DNA from: an uncultured Klebsiella sp.
Lineage (GTDB): Bacteria; Verrucomicrobiota; Verrucomicrobiia; Limisphaerales; SXTU01
Direction: 5' to 3'
Length of the DNA: 62,833 bases
Assembly: GCA_964591495.1 (NCBI GenBank)
Contig: CAZQEW010000007.1
Coordinates: forward strand, 5,681-68,513
Part shown: one piece after another, positions 1 through 9,467 of the stretch
Position numbering within the stretch: position 1 is the stretch's first letter
Layout of the letters: every line of letters begins with the position of its first letter
The notes under the pieces: generated by a model
The model's database searches: none
Told to the model about the DNA's origin: nothing
Seen by the model: the letters and a program-made list of their open reading frames with translations, nothing else
Made by a program: the position numbers and the translations under genes

Positions 1-1408
1 GCAGGCGCACTTCATTCGTGCCCCCATCGGGCAAGGGTCTCCATTTCAGCCCGCGCGCGGCGGCCGGGTTCTCGGGCGCACTCGCTTCTTCCGCGGCCGG
101 GGAAGCGCTGCGCCAGTCACGGAGCCGCGCCGGCGAGAGTTTGGTCTCACGCATCCGCTGCTCCCAAAGCGGCTGCACCTTGTCCCACGCCGCGTGGGGT
201 TCGTAATAGAGTTTCCGCAGCGCGGCCTGTGCGGATCTCATCTCCGCCTCAGCCGCAAGCAGCCGCGCTTCCCCGCCCGGGGGAATGAGCCGGAGAATGG
301 GCTGCGCCTCCGGGCCGTTCGCGAGAGGGTTGCCTGGCACCTGGTTGAAGAAGGCGAACATCCGGTAGTAATCGCGCGTGGTCAGCGGGTCGTATTTGTG
401 GTCGTGGCACTCGGCGCATGCGAGCGAGAGGCCGAGCCAGACGGTCGCCGTCGTGTTCACCCGCTCGGCGGCGTAACGCGCGCGATATTCCTCCGCGTCC
501 GCACCGTTCTCGGAGGTCGTCGGCCCGTTGCGGTTGAAGGCCGTCGCAATCAGCTGCTCGCGCGTCCCGCCGGGTAACAGGTCGCCCGCGAGTTGCTCGA
601 GAGTGAACCGGTCGAAAGGCAGATTCCGGTTGAACGCCGCGATGACGTAATCCCGGTAGCCATGCATCTCGCGCGTGAAGTCATCGTGGTAGCCGTCGGA
701 ATCAGCGTAGCGGGCGAGATCAAGCCAGTGCTGCGCCATGCGCTCGCCGAAATGCTTGGACGCCAGCAGGCGATCCACCACGCGTTCGTAGGCTTGCGCC
801 GACTCATCAGCAAGGAAGGCATCCACCTCCACCGGCGTAGGTGGAAGCCCGATGAGATCATAGCTCAAGCGACGTAACAGCGTGACCCGGTCAGCCTCGG
901 GGGCCGGCCGCCATCCGCGGGCTTCGAGTGCAGCGAGGACGAAGCGGTCAATTTCCCCGCGCGGCCAGTTGGCCTGACGGACGGACGGCAGCGCCGGCAA
1001 TTGCGGCGCGGTCCAGGCCCAACCTGGCGACCACGGCGCACCCTGTTCCACCCAGCGGCGCAGCAAGGCCCGTTGCGCGGTGGTCAGTCCCTTGCCGGTC
1101 GCCGGCGGCGGCATCACCTCATCGGCGTTGGCGGAATCGACCCGATGAAGCAACGCGCTCCCGTCCGGCTTGCCCGGTGAGACCAGCGGCCCGCCGCTGC
1201 TCGTCTGGCTGAACACCCCTTCGCGGGTGTCGAGCCGCAGGTTCGCCTTGCGCTTGCCGCCGTCCGGCCCATGGCAGGCGAAACAGTGCTGGGAAAGAAT
1301 GGGGCGGATGTCTCGGTCGAAGTGCACCGAGGCCTCAGCGCCGCGGGCCGTCGCAGCGAGAAGACAGGCTGCCGCCCACCAGACCAGAAGTGAGACGGTG
1401 CAGTTCAC
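1..1408 (-). CDS. PSCyt1 / PSCyt2(DUF1549) / PSD1(DUF1553)-type protein; the C-terminal part runs off the left edge of the window
   Basis: Absent from the ORF track because it is open at the window edge. Manual minus-strand translation from GTG at 1408-1406 gives MNCTVSLLVWWAAACLLAATARG (signal-like), then VHFDRDIRPILSQHCFACHGP (CxxCH, PSCyt1 type), MAQHWLDLARYADSDG (DUF1549 type) and LACAECHDHKYD. Confidence 0.85.
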   Translation of the reverse strand, partial: MNCTVSLLVWWAAACLLAATARGAEASVHFDRDIRPILSQHCFACHGPDGGKRKANLRLDTREGVFSQTSSGGPLVSPGKPDGSALLHRVDSANADEVMPPPATGKGLTTAQRALLRRWVEQGAPWSPGWAWTAPQLPALPSVRQANWPRGEIDRFVLAALEARGWRPAPEADRVTLLRRLSYDLIGLPPTPVEVDAFLADESAQAYERVVDRLLASKHFGERMAQHWLDLARYADSDGYHDDFTREMHGYRDYVIAAFNRNLPFDRFTLEQLAGDLLPGGTREQLIATAFNRNGPTTSENGADAEEYRARYAAERVNTTATVWLGLSLACAECHDHKYDPLTTRDYYRMFAFFNQVPGNPLANGPEAQPILRLIPPGGEARLLAAEAEMRSAQAALRKLYYEPHAAWDKVQPLWEQRMRETKLSPARLRDWRSASPAAEEASAPENPAAARGLKWRPLPDGGTNEVRL

Positions 1409-1539
1409 GATAGGGAGCAGACAACGCGCGGAGTGTAGGGGCGAAGACTGGGCGTCGCAAGCGGGCACCACCCCAAACACGGCGCACACGGCGTAAAAAA
1501 TGTTCGCCCGCCCTGACCACGCTGCCATAGTGGGGACAC

Positions 1540-2418
1540 ATGAAGTCGATGACGGGCTACGGTCGCGGCGAGTGCGCGCGGGACGGCGTCAAGGTCACGG
1601 TGGAACTCAGCTCGGTGAACCGGAAATCCGGAGAAATCACGCTGAACCTGCCCCGCGACCTCGAACCCCTTGAAGCGCAAGTCCGCGACGAAATCAACAA
1701 ACGCATCGCACGCGGACGGCTCAACGTGCGCGTGGCCGTCCATGCCGGAGCGGATGCGGGAACGGCGGCGCAGATCAACACGGCCTTGGCCCGGGCCTAC
1801 GCGGTGGAGCTGGCCAAGCTGACTACGGAGCTGAACCTGAGCGGCGGCGTGCGCTTGTCCGATGTGCTGCGCGCGCCCGGCGTTTTGGAAGCGGAAGCGG
1901 ATCCGGTGGACGCGGAAAGTTTTTGGCCGGCCGTGCAAAACGCATTGCAGCAGGCGCTCGACGCGCTGGTGAAAATGCGCGAGCGCGAAGGCGAGCATCT
2001 GGCGGCGGACTTGGCGGCGCGCATTGAGCTGATCCGCGCGGCGGCGGGACGCATCGCGGCACAGGCCCCGCAGGTGCAGGTGCAGTTCCGCGCCCGCCTC
2101 CTGGAGCGCATCAAGACGGCGGGCTTGGAGGGCATCGCGCCGGACGACGAGCGGATGCTGAAGGAGGTCGTGCTCTTCGCCGACCGCTCGGACATCACGG
2201 AGGAGCTGACACGGCTGCAAAGCCACTTCAAACAGTTTGCCGACTGCCTGAAGGCCAAAGAACCAGTCGGCCGCACCCTGGATTTCCTCTCCCAGGAGAT
2301 GAACCGCGAGATCAACACCATCGGCTCGAAGGCCCAGGACGCCGTCATCTCGCGTGAAGTCGTGCAGGTGAAGGCGGAGCTGGAGCGCTTCCGCGAGCAG
2401 GTGCAGAACGTGGAGTGA
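1540..2418 (+). CDS. yicC: YicC-family stress-induced protein (endoribonuclease YicC-like)
   Basis: 292 aa with the N-terminus MKSMTGYGRGE typical of YicC/TIGR00255. The C-terminus has EEL.RL..H...F and LDFL.QEMNREINTIGSK. It lies directly upstream of gmk, the classical yicC-gmk synteny. Confidence 0.85.
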   Translation: MKSMTGYGRGECARDGVKVTVELSSVNRKSGEITLNLPRDLEPLEAQVRDEINKRIARGRLNVRVAVHAGADAGTAAQINTALARAYAVELAKLTTELNLSGGVRLSDVLRAPGVLEAEADPVDAESFWPAVQNALQQALDALVKMREREGEHLAADLAARIELIRAAAGRIAAQAPQVQVQFRARLLERIKTAGLEGIAPDDERMLKEVVLFADRSDITEELTRLQSHFKQFADCLKAKEPVGRTLDFLSQEMNREINTIGSKAQDAVISREVVQVKAELERFREQVQNVE

Positions 2419-2421
2419 CCG

Positions 2422-3042
2422 ATGAGCCAGAGAAACAACTCCCTCCTGATTGTCCTCTCCGCCCCCTCGGGCGGAGGCAAAACGACCTTGTGCGAGCAGA
2501 TGCTCAGGGACAACCCGAACATCAGCCGGGCGGTGACCTGCACCACGCGGCAGCCCCGCGAGGGCGAGCGCGACGGCGTGGACTACTACTTCCTCACGGC
2601 GGAGGATTTCCTCCGGCGCGTGCAGGCGGGGAACTTCCTCGAACACGCGACCGTTTACGGGAACAGCTACGGGACATTGAAGGCCGAGGTGCTGGGCAAA
2701 CTGCGCGCAGGCAAGGACGTGCTGCTGGCCGTGGATGTGCAGGGCGCGGCCGCCATCCGCACCCAGGCGGCGAGCGACCCCGAACTGGCACGCGCCCTGG
2801 TGCAGGTGTTCCTCACGCCCGAATCCCTCACCGTGCTGGAGCAGCGGCTCAAAAAGCGCGGCAAGGACGCTCCCGAAGCCATCAAGAAACGGCTGGCCGT
2901 GGCGCGGCAGGAAATCGCCCAGTGGAAGCATTTCGATTACCTGCTGATCAGCACCAGCGTCCGCGAGGACGTGCGCCGGATGCAGGCCATCTACAACGCA
3001 GAGCAGATGCGGCAGGCACGCTCAACCGCTCCCGAGGTGTGA
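2422..3042 (+). CDS. gmk: guanylate kinase
   Basis: 206 aa with P-loop SAPSGGGKTTL, TTRQPREGERDGVDYYF and the length typical of Gmk. Confidence 0.95.
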   Translation: MSQRNNSLLIVLSAPSGGGKTTLCEQMLRDNPNISRAVTCTTRQPREGERDGVDYYFLTAEDFLRRVQAGNFLEHATVYGNSYGTLKAEVLGKLRAGKDVLLAVDVQGAAAIRTQAASDPELARALVQVFLTPESLTVLEQRLKKRGKDAPEAIKKRLAVARQEIAQWKHFDYLLISTSVREDVRRMQAIYNAEQMRQARSTAPEV

Positions 3043-3137
3043 GCACTGTTTACAACGCGAACGCCAAGGCAGGCGAGCCCCTGTCTTCGCAGCCGCTGTC
3101 TCCCGCGTTTCCAGCCATCCGGGGATAAGTTGCCGCC

Positions 3138-3779
3138 ATGCAGCCGCCCAAGATCCGCATTCTGCTCGCCGACGACCACCGCGTTGTGCGGCACGGCTTC
3201 CGCCGCATCCTTGAGGAACAAGCGGACATGGAAGTCGTGGGGGAAGCATCCGACGGACGGCAGGCGATGGAGCTCGCCGAGCAGCTCGCGCCTGATGTGC
3301 TGGTGATGGACGTGACCATGCCTCGGCTCAACGGCATCGAAGCCGCCCGCCAGCTCGCGAAATCCTGTCCCCGGCTCCGGGTGCTGGCGCTCTCGATGCA
3401 GAAGGACGGGGTGTATGTCCGTGAGATGCTCCGCGCCGGCGCGCGCGGCTACCTGCTCAAGGAATCCACCGAAGCCGACCTGCTCGCCGCCGTCCGCGCC
3501 GTGGCCGCCGGCAAGGCCTGGCTGAGCTCCGAAGTCAGCGACGCCGTGCTTGAAGACTATCGGAAGCACGTCACCAACCCGATGGACCTGCTTTCCGCCC
3601 GCGAGCGCGAGGTTTTGCAACTCATCGCGGAAGGACGCACCAACAAGGAGATTGCCACGCAGCTCGGACTGAGCGTTTACACCGTGGAAGCGCACCGCGG
3701 AAAGCTGATGGAGAAGCTCAACCTGCACTCCGGGAACGAGCTGGTCCGCTTCGCCCTGCGCCACGGTTTGGTGGGGTGA
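3138..3779 (+). CDS. two-component response regulator, NarL/FixJ (REC + LuxR-type HTH)
   Basis: 213 aa. RILLADDH....DVLVMDVTMPRLNG receiver motifs, and a C-terminal LSAREREVLQLIAEGRTNKEIATQLGLSVYTVEAHR LuxR-type HTH. Confidence 0.9.
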   Translation: MQPPKIRILLADDHRVVRHGFRRILEEQADMEVVGEASDGRQAMELAEQLAPDVLVMDVTMPRLNGIEAARQLAKSCPRLRVLALSMQKDGVYVREMLRAGARGYLLKESTEADLLAAVRAVAAGKAWLSSEVSDAVLEDYRKHVTNPMDLLSAREREVLQLIAEGRTNKEIATQLGLSVYTVEAHRGKLMEKLNLHSGNELVRFALRHGLVG

Positions 3780-3791
3780 CCGCCGTCGGCC

Positions 3792-5105
3792 ATGCGCTTC
3801 ACCTTTCTGAGCATCAGCGGCCGCAATGTCCTACGGGCGCTGACGCTGGGATTCCTGCTCGTGCTCCTGCTGCTGGGTGCGGCGGGCTGGGTGGCCGTGC
3901 GGCAAAGCCGGCTCATCCGCGAAGGTGTGGCCGAACTGGCGCGCGACCAGCTGCTCATCGCGCGGCTGGTGCATGACGTGCAGATGGAGGAGAACGCGAT
4001 GACCGAGGTGCTGCATCGCGTCGCCCAGCTGACCTCCCAGCCCGCCAGCCCCGCCGTGCTGCTCCGGGAGCTGGACGAGAGCGACCGGCAGCTGACACGT
4101 CTGTCCACCGAAGGCCGCGCGGTGGCGGGCACCCGCCAATGGGCCGCGCTGCAGGCGAGTGTCAAGGCGTTCACCGCCGAAGCCCACCGTGCGCTGGAGG
4201 GGCCGCAGCCGGTGCCGCGGGAGAAGTTGGAGGAGCTTTTCACCCATCATGACCGCGTCGTTGAGCTGGTAAACGAGCTCGTCCGCGCGAGTTCTTACCG
4301 CCTTGCATCGGCTGAACGGGACATCGAGCGACAGTCCGACCAACTGGGCGGGGACGCCGCGCGGCTGCTGGGGGCAAGCCTCGCGCTCGCGCTAGTCTGC
4401 GCGCTCATCACCATTGGCTTCGTGCGGCAGAGCATACAGCAACTTCATTGGCAGTCCGGCGAGCTGGACCGGGTGTCATGGCACATGCTGCAAACCCAGG
4501 AACAGGCGGCCCGCCGGTTTTCCCACGAACTGCACGATGAGCTGGGGCAGTCGCTCGCCGCCGTGCGGTCCAATCTGACCAAGAGTGGCACGGCAAGCCT
4601 CGAGGCCATCCGGCACGACTGTCTGCAGCTCGTGGATGAATCCATCGCCAACGTGCGCGAGCTCTCACAACTGCTCCGGCCGGTGATCCTCGACGATTTC
4701 GGCCTCGACGCGGGTTTGCGCTGGCTGGTCGAGAAGTTCGCTCAGCGCACCCAACTGGAAGCCGATTTCACCGCGACCGGCGTAGGGCGTTACGCGGATG
4801 AAACGGAGACCCACCTGTTTCGTATCGCTCAGGAGGCTCTGACCAACGTGGCGCGACACTCAGGCGCGAGGCGTGTGCAGGTGAAGCTTGAGGCGGATGC
4901 GGACGAAATCCGGCTCGTCATCGAAGACGACGGCCGCGGCTTGCCGCATCCGGATGCAACGAACATGAATCGCGCCTCGCTGGGAATGGTGGGAATGCGA
5001 GCAAGAGCCCGGCAATCAGGGGGAGAGCTGCGCACAGAGAGCGTGGCGCCACACGGGCTGAGGATCGCGGTGAAAGTGCCGGCCAGGAAACGGTCAGAGG
5101 AGTAG
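3792..5105 (+). CDS. sensor histidine kinase, HisKA_3 (NarX/DegS-like) type
   Basis: 437 aa with an N-terminal TM segment, H-box FSHELHDELGQSLAAV, and HATPase_c motifs EALTNVARHS and IEDDGRGL. It follows its NarL-type regulator. Confidence 0.85.
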   Translation: MRFTFLSISGRNVLRALTLGFLLVLLLLGAAGWVAVRQSRLIREGVAELARDQLLIARLVHDVQMEENAMTEVLHRVAQLTSQPASPAVLLRELDESDRQLTRLSTEGRAVAGTRQWAALQASVKAFTAEAHRALEGPQPVPREKLEELFTHHDRVVELVNELVRASSYRLASAERDIERQSDQLGGDAARLLGASLALALVCALITIGFVRQSIQQLHWQSGELDRVSWHMLQTQEQAARRFSHELHDELGQSLAAVRSNLTKSGTASLEAIRHDCLQLVDESIANVRELSQLLRPVILDDFGLDAGLRWLVEKFAQRTQLEADFTATGVGRYADETETHLFRIAQEALTNVARHSGARRVQVKLEADADEIRLVIEDDGRGLPHPDATNMNRASLGMVGMRARARQSGGELRTESVAPHGLRIAVKVPARKRSEE

Positions 5106-5568
5106 GTGCGGCCCGCAGCAAGGCCGCAGAGGTCAATCTGTTCGACGGCAAAGTGACCATTAGCCTGATGCGTGGAGGCAACCAGCTACTGCTGGGGTTC
5201 AACACATGCGAACAGGCCGGATGAATCGTTTTTGTGTTCGCAGAGAAATTTCAGCCCCCGCACGCGTCTCGCTACCAACCGGACCCTGCGAGCGGTGAGT
5301 CGTTTGCCTTGGTGTAACGCCGTGCACATGGACCACCTGGAAGTGCAGTGGAATTCCGCTGCGCTATCTGGCGCCTGTTAATCGCCGGTAAAAAGCTCGG
5401 CCAGCAGGGCAGCTGACCCAAGCCACCGCCGCGGACTTGACCGTTAGGTCGAAGGGAATTCCGGGGCAGGATCTCTGGGGAGAGTTCGTTTAGTCGGGGA
5501 AAGGGCCGTGACACACTGCCGGCACCTTGCTAATGAACTGGCTAAGTCGTTTGCCGATCCGCCTGACC

Positions 5569-6141
5569 ATGAGCAAATCCTCCTCAACCGCCGCAGGCCG
5601 CCCGCCGGTCGTGATCCTCGGCGTCACGGGTTCCATCGCGGCTTACAAGGCGGCGGACTTGTGCAGCCAGCTCGTGAAGGCCGGCTGCGCCGTGCGCGTG
5701 GTCATGACCGCTGACGCGCAAAAGTTCATCACCCCCCTGCCCTTCAAGACCCTCTCGCGGCACGCCGTGGTGACGGACCTGTATGACGAGGAGGAAGGCT
5801 GGCAGCCCACGCACATACGCCTGGCGGATGAGGCGGACTTGCTGCTCATTGCCCCCGCCACGGCGAACTGCCTCGCGAAGCTGGCGCACGGGTTGGCGGA
5901 TGACGCTTTGACATGCATCGCGCTGGCGCTGAATCCCAAGGCGAAGCTGCTGATCGCGCCGGCAATGAACGGGAAGATGTGGGGACACCCAGCAACGCAG
6001 GCCAACGTCCGCACACTCACGGGGCGCGGCGCGAAGTTTATCGGGCCAGAGGAGGGCTTGTTGTCCTGCGGTTACGAGGGCCTTGGGCGGCTGTGGAATG
6101 TGACTGAGATAGTGGCAGAGGGGTTGCGGCTGTTACGGTGA
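5569..6141 (+). CDS. coaC: phosphopantothenoylcysteine decarboxylase-type flavoprotein (stand-alone CoaC domain)
   Basis: VVILGVTGSIAAYKAADLCSQLVKAGCAVRVVMTADAQKFITP, LIAPATANCLAKLAHGLADD and PAMNGKMW are flavoprotein/CoaC motifs. There is no CoaB half. In-frame upstream starts also exist (TTG 5527, ATG 5533), so the start is uncertain. Confidence 0.8.
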   Translation: MSKSSSTAAGRPPVVILGVTGSIAAYKAADLCSQLVKAGCAVRVVMTADAQKFITPLPFKTLSRHAVVTDLYDEEEGWQPTHIRLADEADLLLIAPATANCLAKLAHGLADDALTCIALALNPKAKLLIAPAMNGKMWGHPATQANVRTLTGRGAKFIGPEEGLLSCGYEGLGRLWNVTEIVAEGLRLLR

Positions 6142-6145
6142 TCGT

Positions 6146-7738
6146 ATGGCAAGCCCGCGTTCCTCCCGAGCCAAGCTGCTGACGAGCCTGTTCAAGGCGC
6201 CGGCTGTCTCGCCCGAGCAGCAGGCTGACCGCATCAGGTTCGTCGAGCGGGATGTCTGCCTGACCATCAAAATTGTCGTCCTCGCCGCACTCGCTTATTT
6301 CTTCCTTTCCAATTGGTTCGAGGGCGTCTCCACCATCGGTGAGCTGGGCACCGAGACCGTGCGCGGTGCGTTTCGCGCCTACCTGGTGGCCAACATCCTC
6401 ATCGGCCTGATGCTGCTGGCCATGGACTACCTGCCGGTGGCATGGGTGCAGTGGGGGGTGTTCGTGCTGAACATCGTGGACGGGACGTTTGTGGCGTTGA
6501 TGGTTCTCATCACCGGCGGTCTGGAGAGCACGACCTACTGGGTCTTCCTGGTGCTGGTCATCCGCAACGCGGTGAGCATCACGCAGGTGCGGCTTCAGAT
6601 CGCGGTGAACCTCTTCATCATCCTGTGCTATCTGTTCGCCGGCCTGCTCGATTTGACGATGGTGGAACTGAAGCAGGCCCAGGATAACGTGGAGAGCGAA
6701 ATTACCGCGGTCACCTTGCAGCCGATGCCGGCTGTCCCGCCCCCCAAACTCGCCAATCTTCCGACCAATGGGGCAATGGTATCCACGAATCTGACGGCCG
6801 CGGCCACTGTAAAGCCCGGGGGCAACCTCTCACGGAAACGCGCCGCCCAGCCGGACACCGGAGACGACACGGGTGACCTTGGGCGGGCCGTCTCGCTCGC
6901 GATCGCCAACATGACCGAGGGCAAGGCCATGCAATCGCTCTCCCAGCGCGTGCTGCTCCTGCTGTTGCTGGCGTTCTCGTGCTACGGCATCAACGTGCTG
7001 GCGGACCTGCAACTTCAGGCCCAGGAGGAGGCACGGGAATTTGCCGTGCGGCAGGAACAGCTGCGCTCCACGGGACGGCTTGCCGCGGAGATCGCGCACC
7101 AGCTGAAGAACCCGCTCGCCATCATCAACAATGCCGCGTTCAGCCTTCAAAAATCCCTCGCAGACAGCCGGCCCGCTGCGCTGCAGCAGATTGAGATGAT
7201 CCGCGAAGAGGTGGTGCGGTCCGACCGCATCATCACCGAACTGATGGGTTACGCCCAACTCGCGGAAGGCCGGGTGGAGCGGTTGGATGTGGCCGAAGAA
7301 CTGGAGCAGGCGCTCAAACGTGCCTTCCCGCCCGCGCTCCAGCATGAGATAAAAATCAAGGTCACCTGCCCACCTTCACTCCCCCCTCTGCTGATGCAGC
7401 GCGCCCACCTCCGCGAGGCGCTGGTGAACCTGCTCACCAACGCCCGCGATGCGCTGAATGGGACCGGACAGATCGACATCTCGGTGCGGCTCGACGCCCG
7501 GAGCGCGATCCACATTGCCATTGCCGACAATGGTCCGGGCATCCCCGACTATCAGCGGGAGCAAATCTTCGAGCCTTACTTTTCCACCAAGGAAAAGGGC
7601 ACCGGACTGGGGTTGGCCATCGTCCGGCACAATGCCGAGATTTATGGCGGCAAGGTGGCCGTGGAATCCGCACTTGGAAAGGGCAGCACCTTCACCCTAA
7701 CCTTTCCGGCCAAAGCAACCATGAACGCCGCCGCATGA
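6146..7738 (+). CDS. membrane sensor histidine kinase (multi-TM N-terminus, HisKA + HATPase_c)
   Basis: 530 aa. Several hydrophobic helices lie in the first 180 aa. H-box AAEIAHQLKNPLAII, N-box LVNLLTNARDA, G-boxes DNGPGI and GTGLGLAIV. It overlaps the downstream NtrC-type regulator (ATGA). Confidence 0.85.
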   Translation: MASPRSSRAKLLTSLFKAPAVSPEQQADRIRFVERDVCLTIKIVVLAALAYFFLSNWFEGVSTIGELGTETVRGAFRAYLVANILIGLMLLAMDYLPVAWVQWGVFVLNIVDGTFVALMVLITGGLESTTYWVFLVLVIRNAVSITQVRLQIAVNLFIILCYLFAGLLDLTMVELKQAQDNVESEITAVTLQPMPAVPPPKLANLPTNGAMVSTNLTAAATVKPGGNLSRKRAAQPDTGDDTGDLGRAVSLAIANMTEGKAMQSLSQRVLLLLLLAFSCYGINVLADLQLQAQEEAREFAVRQEQLRSTGRLAAEIAHQLKNPLAIINNAAFSLQKSLADSRPAALQQIEMIREEVVRSDRIITELMGYAQLAEGRVERLDVAEELEQALKRAFPPALQHEIKIKVTCPPSLPPLLMQRAHLREALVNLLTNARDALNGTGQIDISVRLDARSAIHIAIADNGPGIPDYQREQIFEPYFSTKEKGTGLGLAIVRHNAEIYGGKVAVESALGKGSTFTLTFPAKATMNAAA

Positions 7739-9153
7739 CCCGTCCACTGCCGCCCATCCTTCTCGTGGACGACGAGAAAAACATGCGCCTGTCCCTCTCC
7801 GCCCTGCTGGCGGACGACGGCTATGCGGTGGAAACGGTCGAAAGCGCCGAGCAGGGGGAACAACTCGTCGATAAGCGCGAGTTCCTGATGCTCATCACGG
7901 ACGCCCATCTTGGCGGCATCAGCGGCTACGAACTGCTCGCACGCGTCCGGAAGCGTCGGCCTGACCTGCCCATGCTGATGATCACGGCCTACGCCACCCC
8001 GAAGCTGGCGGCGGAAGCCATCAAGGCCGGGGCCAGCGACTATCTGCCCAAACCCTTTGCCCCGGAGGAGCTCCTCCTGCACGTCAGCCGGTGCGCCGAA
8101 CGCTATCGCCTGCTCCAGGAAAACGCCGCCCTGCGCGAAAAGGTGACCAGCGGATACTCCCTGGAAAGCATCATCGGCGAGTCACCCAAGATGCGCGAGC
8201 AGCGCGAGCTCATCAAAACCGTCGCCCCCACCAACGCCACGGTGCTCATCCTTGGCGAAAGCGGCACGGGCAAGGAACTCATTGCCGGTGCGCTCCACAG
8301 CCTAAGCACCCGCGCCCGCAAGCCCTACATCCGGATCAACTGCGCGGCCATTCCCGAAACCCTGCTCGAGAGCGAGCTGTTCGGCCACGAGAAGGGGGCA
8401 TTCACCGGCGCACTCCGGCTCAAGCTGGGACGAGTTGAGGAAGCCGATGGCGGGACCATCTTTCTGGACGAAATCGGCGACATGAGCCGGTCACTCCAGG
8501 CCAAGCTGCTGCGTTTCTTGGAGGATGGCTCCTTCACGCGCGTGGGTGGCAATGAGGAGCTAAGGGTGAACGTCCGGCTGCTGGCCGCCACGAACCGGGA
8601 CATTATCCACGCGATCCAGGAAAATCACTTCCGCGAGGATCTTTACCATCGCCTCAACGTGGTGCAGTTCCGGCCGCCGCCCCTGCGCGAACGCGTTCAG
8701 GACGTATGTCTGCTGGCCGAGCACTTCCTCAACCAGTTCTGCGGCGGTCTTGGCAAGCCGGTGATGACCCTCGCCAAACCGGCCGCCACCAAGCTGATGG
8801 CACACCACTGGCCCGGTAACGTCCGCGAGCTGCGCAACGTCATCGAGCGCGCCGTCATTTTATCCCCGGGCCCGCAAATCCATCCGCTGCACCTCCCGGA
8901 TTTCGAACTCGAGACGAAGCTGCGCAAGAGCGATCCCGGCGCCGCCGTCCCCGTCCCCGATTCGCTGGATGAAGCGCTGGCCGGCTTCGAGAAACAGCTC
9001 ATTCAGGCCGCTTTGGAACGGAACCACTTCAGCATCAACAAGACTGCCGAACGGCTCAAAGTCACGCGTCACTCGCTCCGCTACCGGATGCAGCGGCTCA
9101 ACATCAGCACTGAATCCAGTCCTGACGGTGACACCGACGTGCTGGAGAAATGA
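7735..9153 (+). CDS. sigma-54-dependent response regulator (NtrC family: REC + AAA+ + Fis-type HTH)
   Basis: 472 aa. Receiver domain ILLVDDE...D..LGG. AAA+ Walker A GESGTGKE, the sigma-54 contact loop GAFTGA, Walker [10 protein letters not shown], and a C-terminal [21 protein letters not shown]. Confidence 0.92.
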   Translation: MTRPLPPILLVDDEKNMRLSLSALLADDGYAVETVESAEQGEQLVDKREFLMLITDAHLGGISGYELLARVRKRRPDLPMLMITAYATPKLAAEAIKAGASDYLPKPFAPEELLLHVSRCAERYRLLQENAALREKVTSGYSLESIIGESPKMREQRELIKTVAPTNATVLILGESGTGKELIAGALHSLSTRARKPYIRINCAAIPETLLESELFGHEKGAFTGALRLKLGRVEEADGGTIFLDEIGDMSRSLQAKLLRFLEDGSFTRVGGNEELRVNVRLLAATNRDIIHAIQENHFREDLYHRLNVVQFRPPPLRERVQDVCLLAEHFLNQFCGGLGKPVMTLAKPAATKLMAHHWPGNVRELRNVIERAVILSPGPQIHPLHLPDFELETKLRKSDPGAAVPVPDSLDEALAGFEKQLIQAALERNHFSINKTAERLKVTRHSLRYRMQRLNISTESSPDGDTDVLEK

Positions 9154-9413
9154 CCCTTATGCCCAGCGGTCTCCCCATCATCCTGGCGGCAGAAGCGCTG
9201 CCAGTGGAGCTTCCTCAGGCCGGGCTTCCCCGTGCGGGCACCGGGTTGGACAGTCAACTGGTCACCATCAGCGGTGCCGTCCTGCTGGTGGTTGTGCCCT
9301 TGCTCCTTTTCCTGACCCTCTCCCGCCGCAAGAAGCGCAAGCGGAAGGTGCGCCTGCCGCGCAACCCCACCCTTGCGGAAACCGGTGGCCTGCCCCCCCG
9401 CCGCGCTCCATGA
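9150..9413 (+). CDS. small hypothetical membrane protein (one TM helix followed by a polybasic stretch)
   Basis: 87 aa. ATG overlaps the ntrC-like stop (ATGA). TM-like VTISGAVLLVVVPLLLFLTL is followed by SRRKKRKRKVR. No family recognised, and in GC-rich DNA this could be spurious. Confidence 0.3.
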   Translation: MTLMPSGLPIILAAEALPVELPQAGLPRAGTGLDSQLVTISGAVLLVVVPLLLFLTLSRRKKRKRKVRLPRNPTLAETGGLPPRRAP

Positions 9414-9467
9414 ACCTGCCATTTTCGTCGTTGATCGACCCGCGCCGCCACCCGGCCCGAGGTTGCC

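Noticed and set aside
1405-2931. 508-aa minus-strand ORF opposite yicC/gmk
   Set aside because: It is antisense to two genes with clear family motifs. Its composition is dominated by R/A/G/L/H/V, as expected for shadow ORFs in GC-rich DNA, and it has no recognisable domain.
4479-4492. TGGCAC..TGCA sequence resembling a sigma-54 promoter (relevant because an NtrC-type activator is encoded nearby)
   Set aside because: It lies inside the histidine-kinase coding region, and the GG-to-GC spacing is one nucleotide short of the -24/-12 consensus. I found no convincing -24/-12 element in the intergenic regions I inspected by eye.
5106-5568. Known structured RNA (tmRNA, SRP RNA, RNase P RNA, 6S) or rpoZ in the long gap before coaC
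   Set aside because: None of the signature motifs I know for these RNAs are present, and no frame encodes an RpoZ-like protein. Only a short inverted repeat after the kinase stop was seen. It is kept as a low-interest finding.
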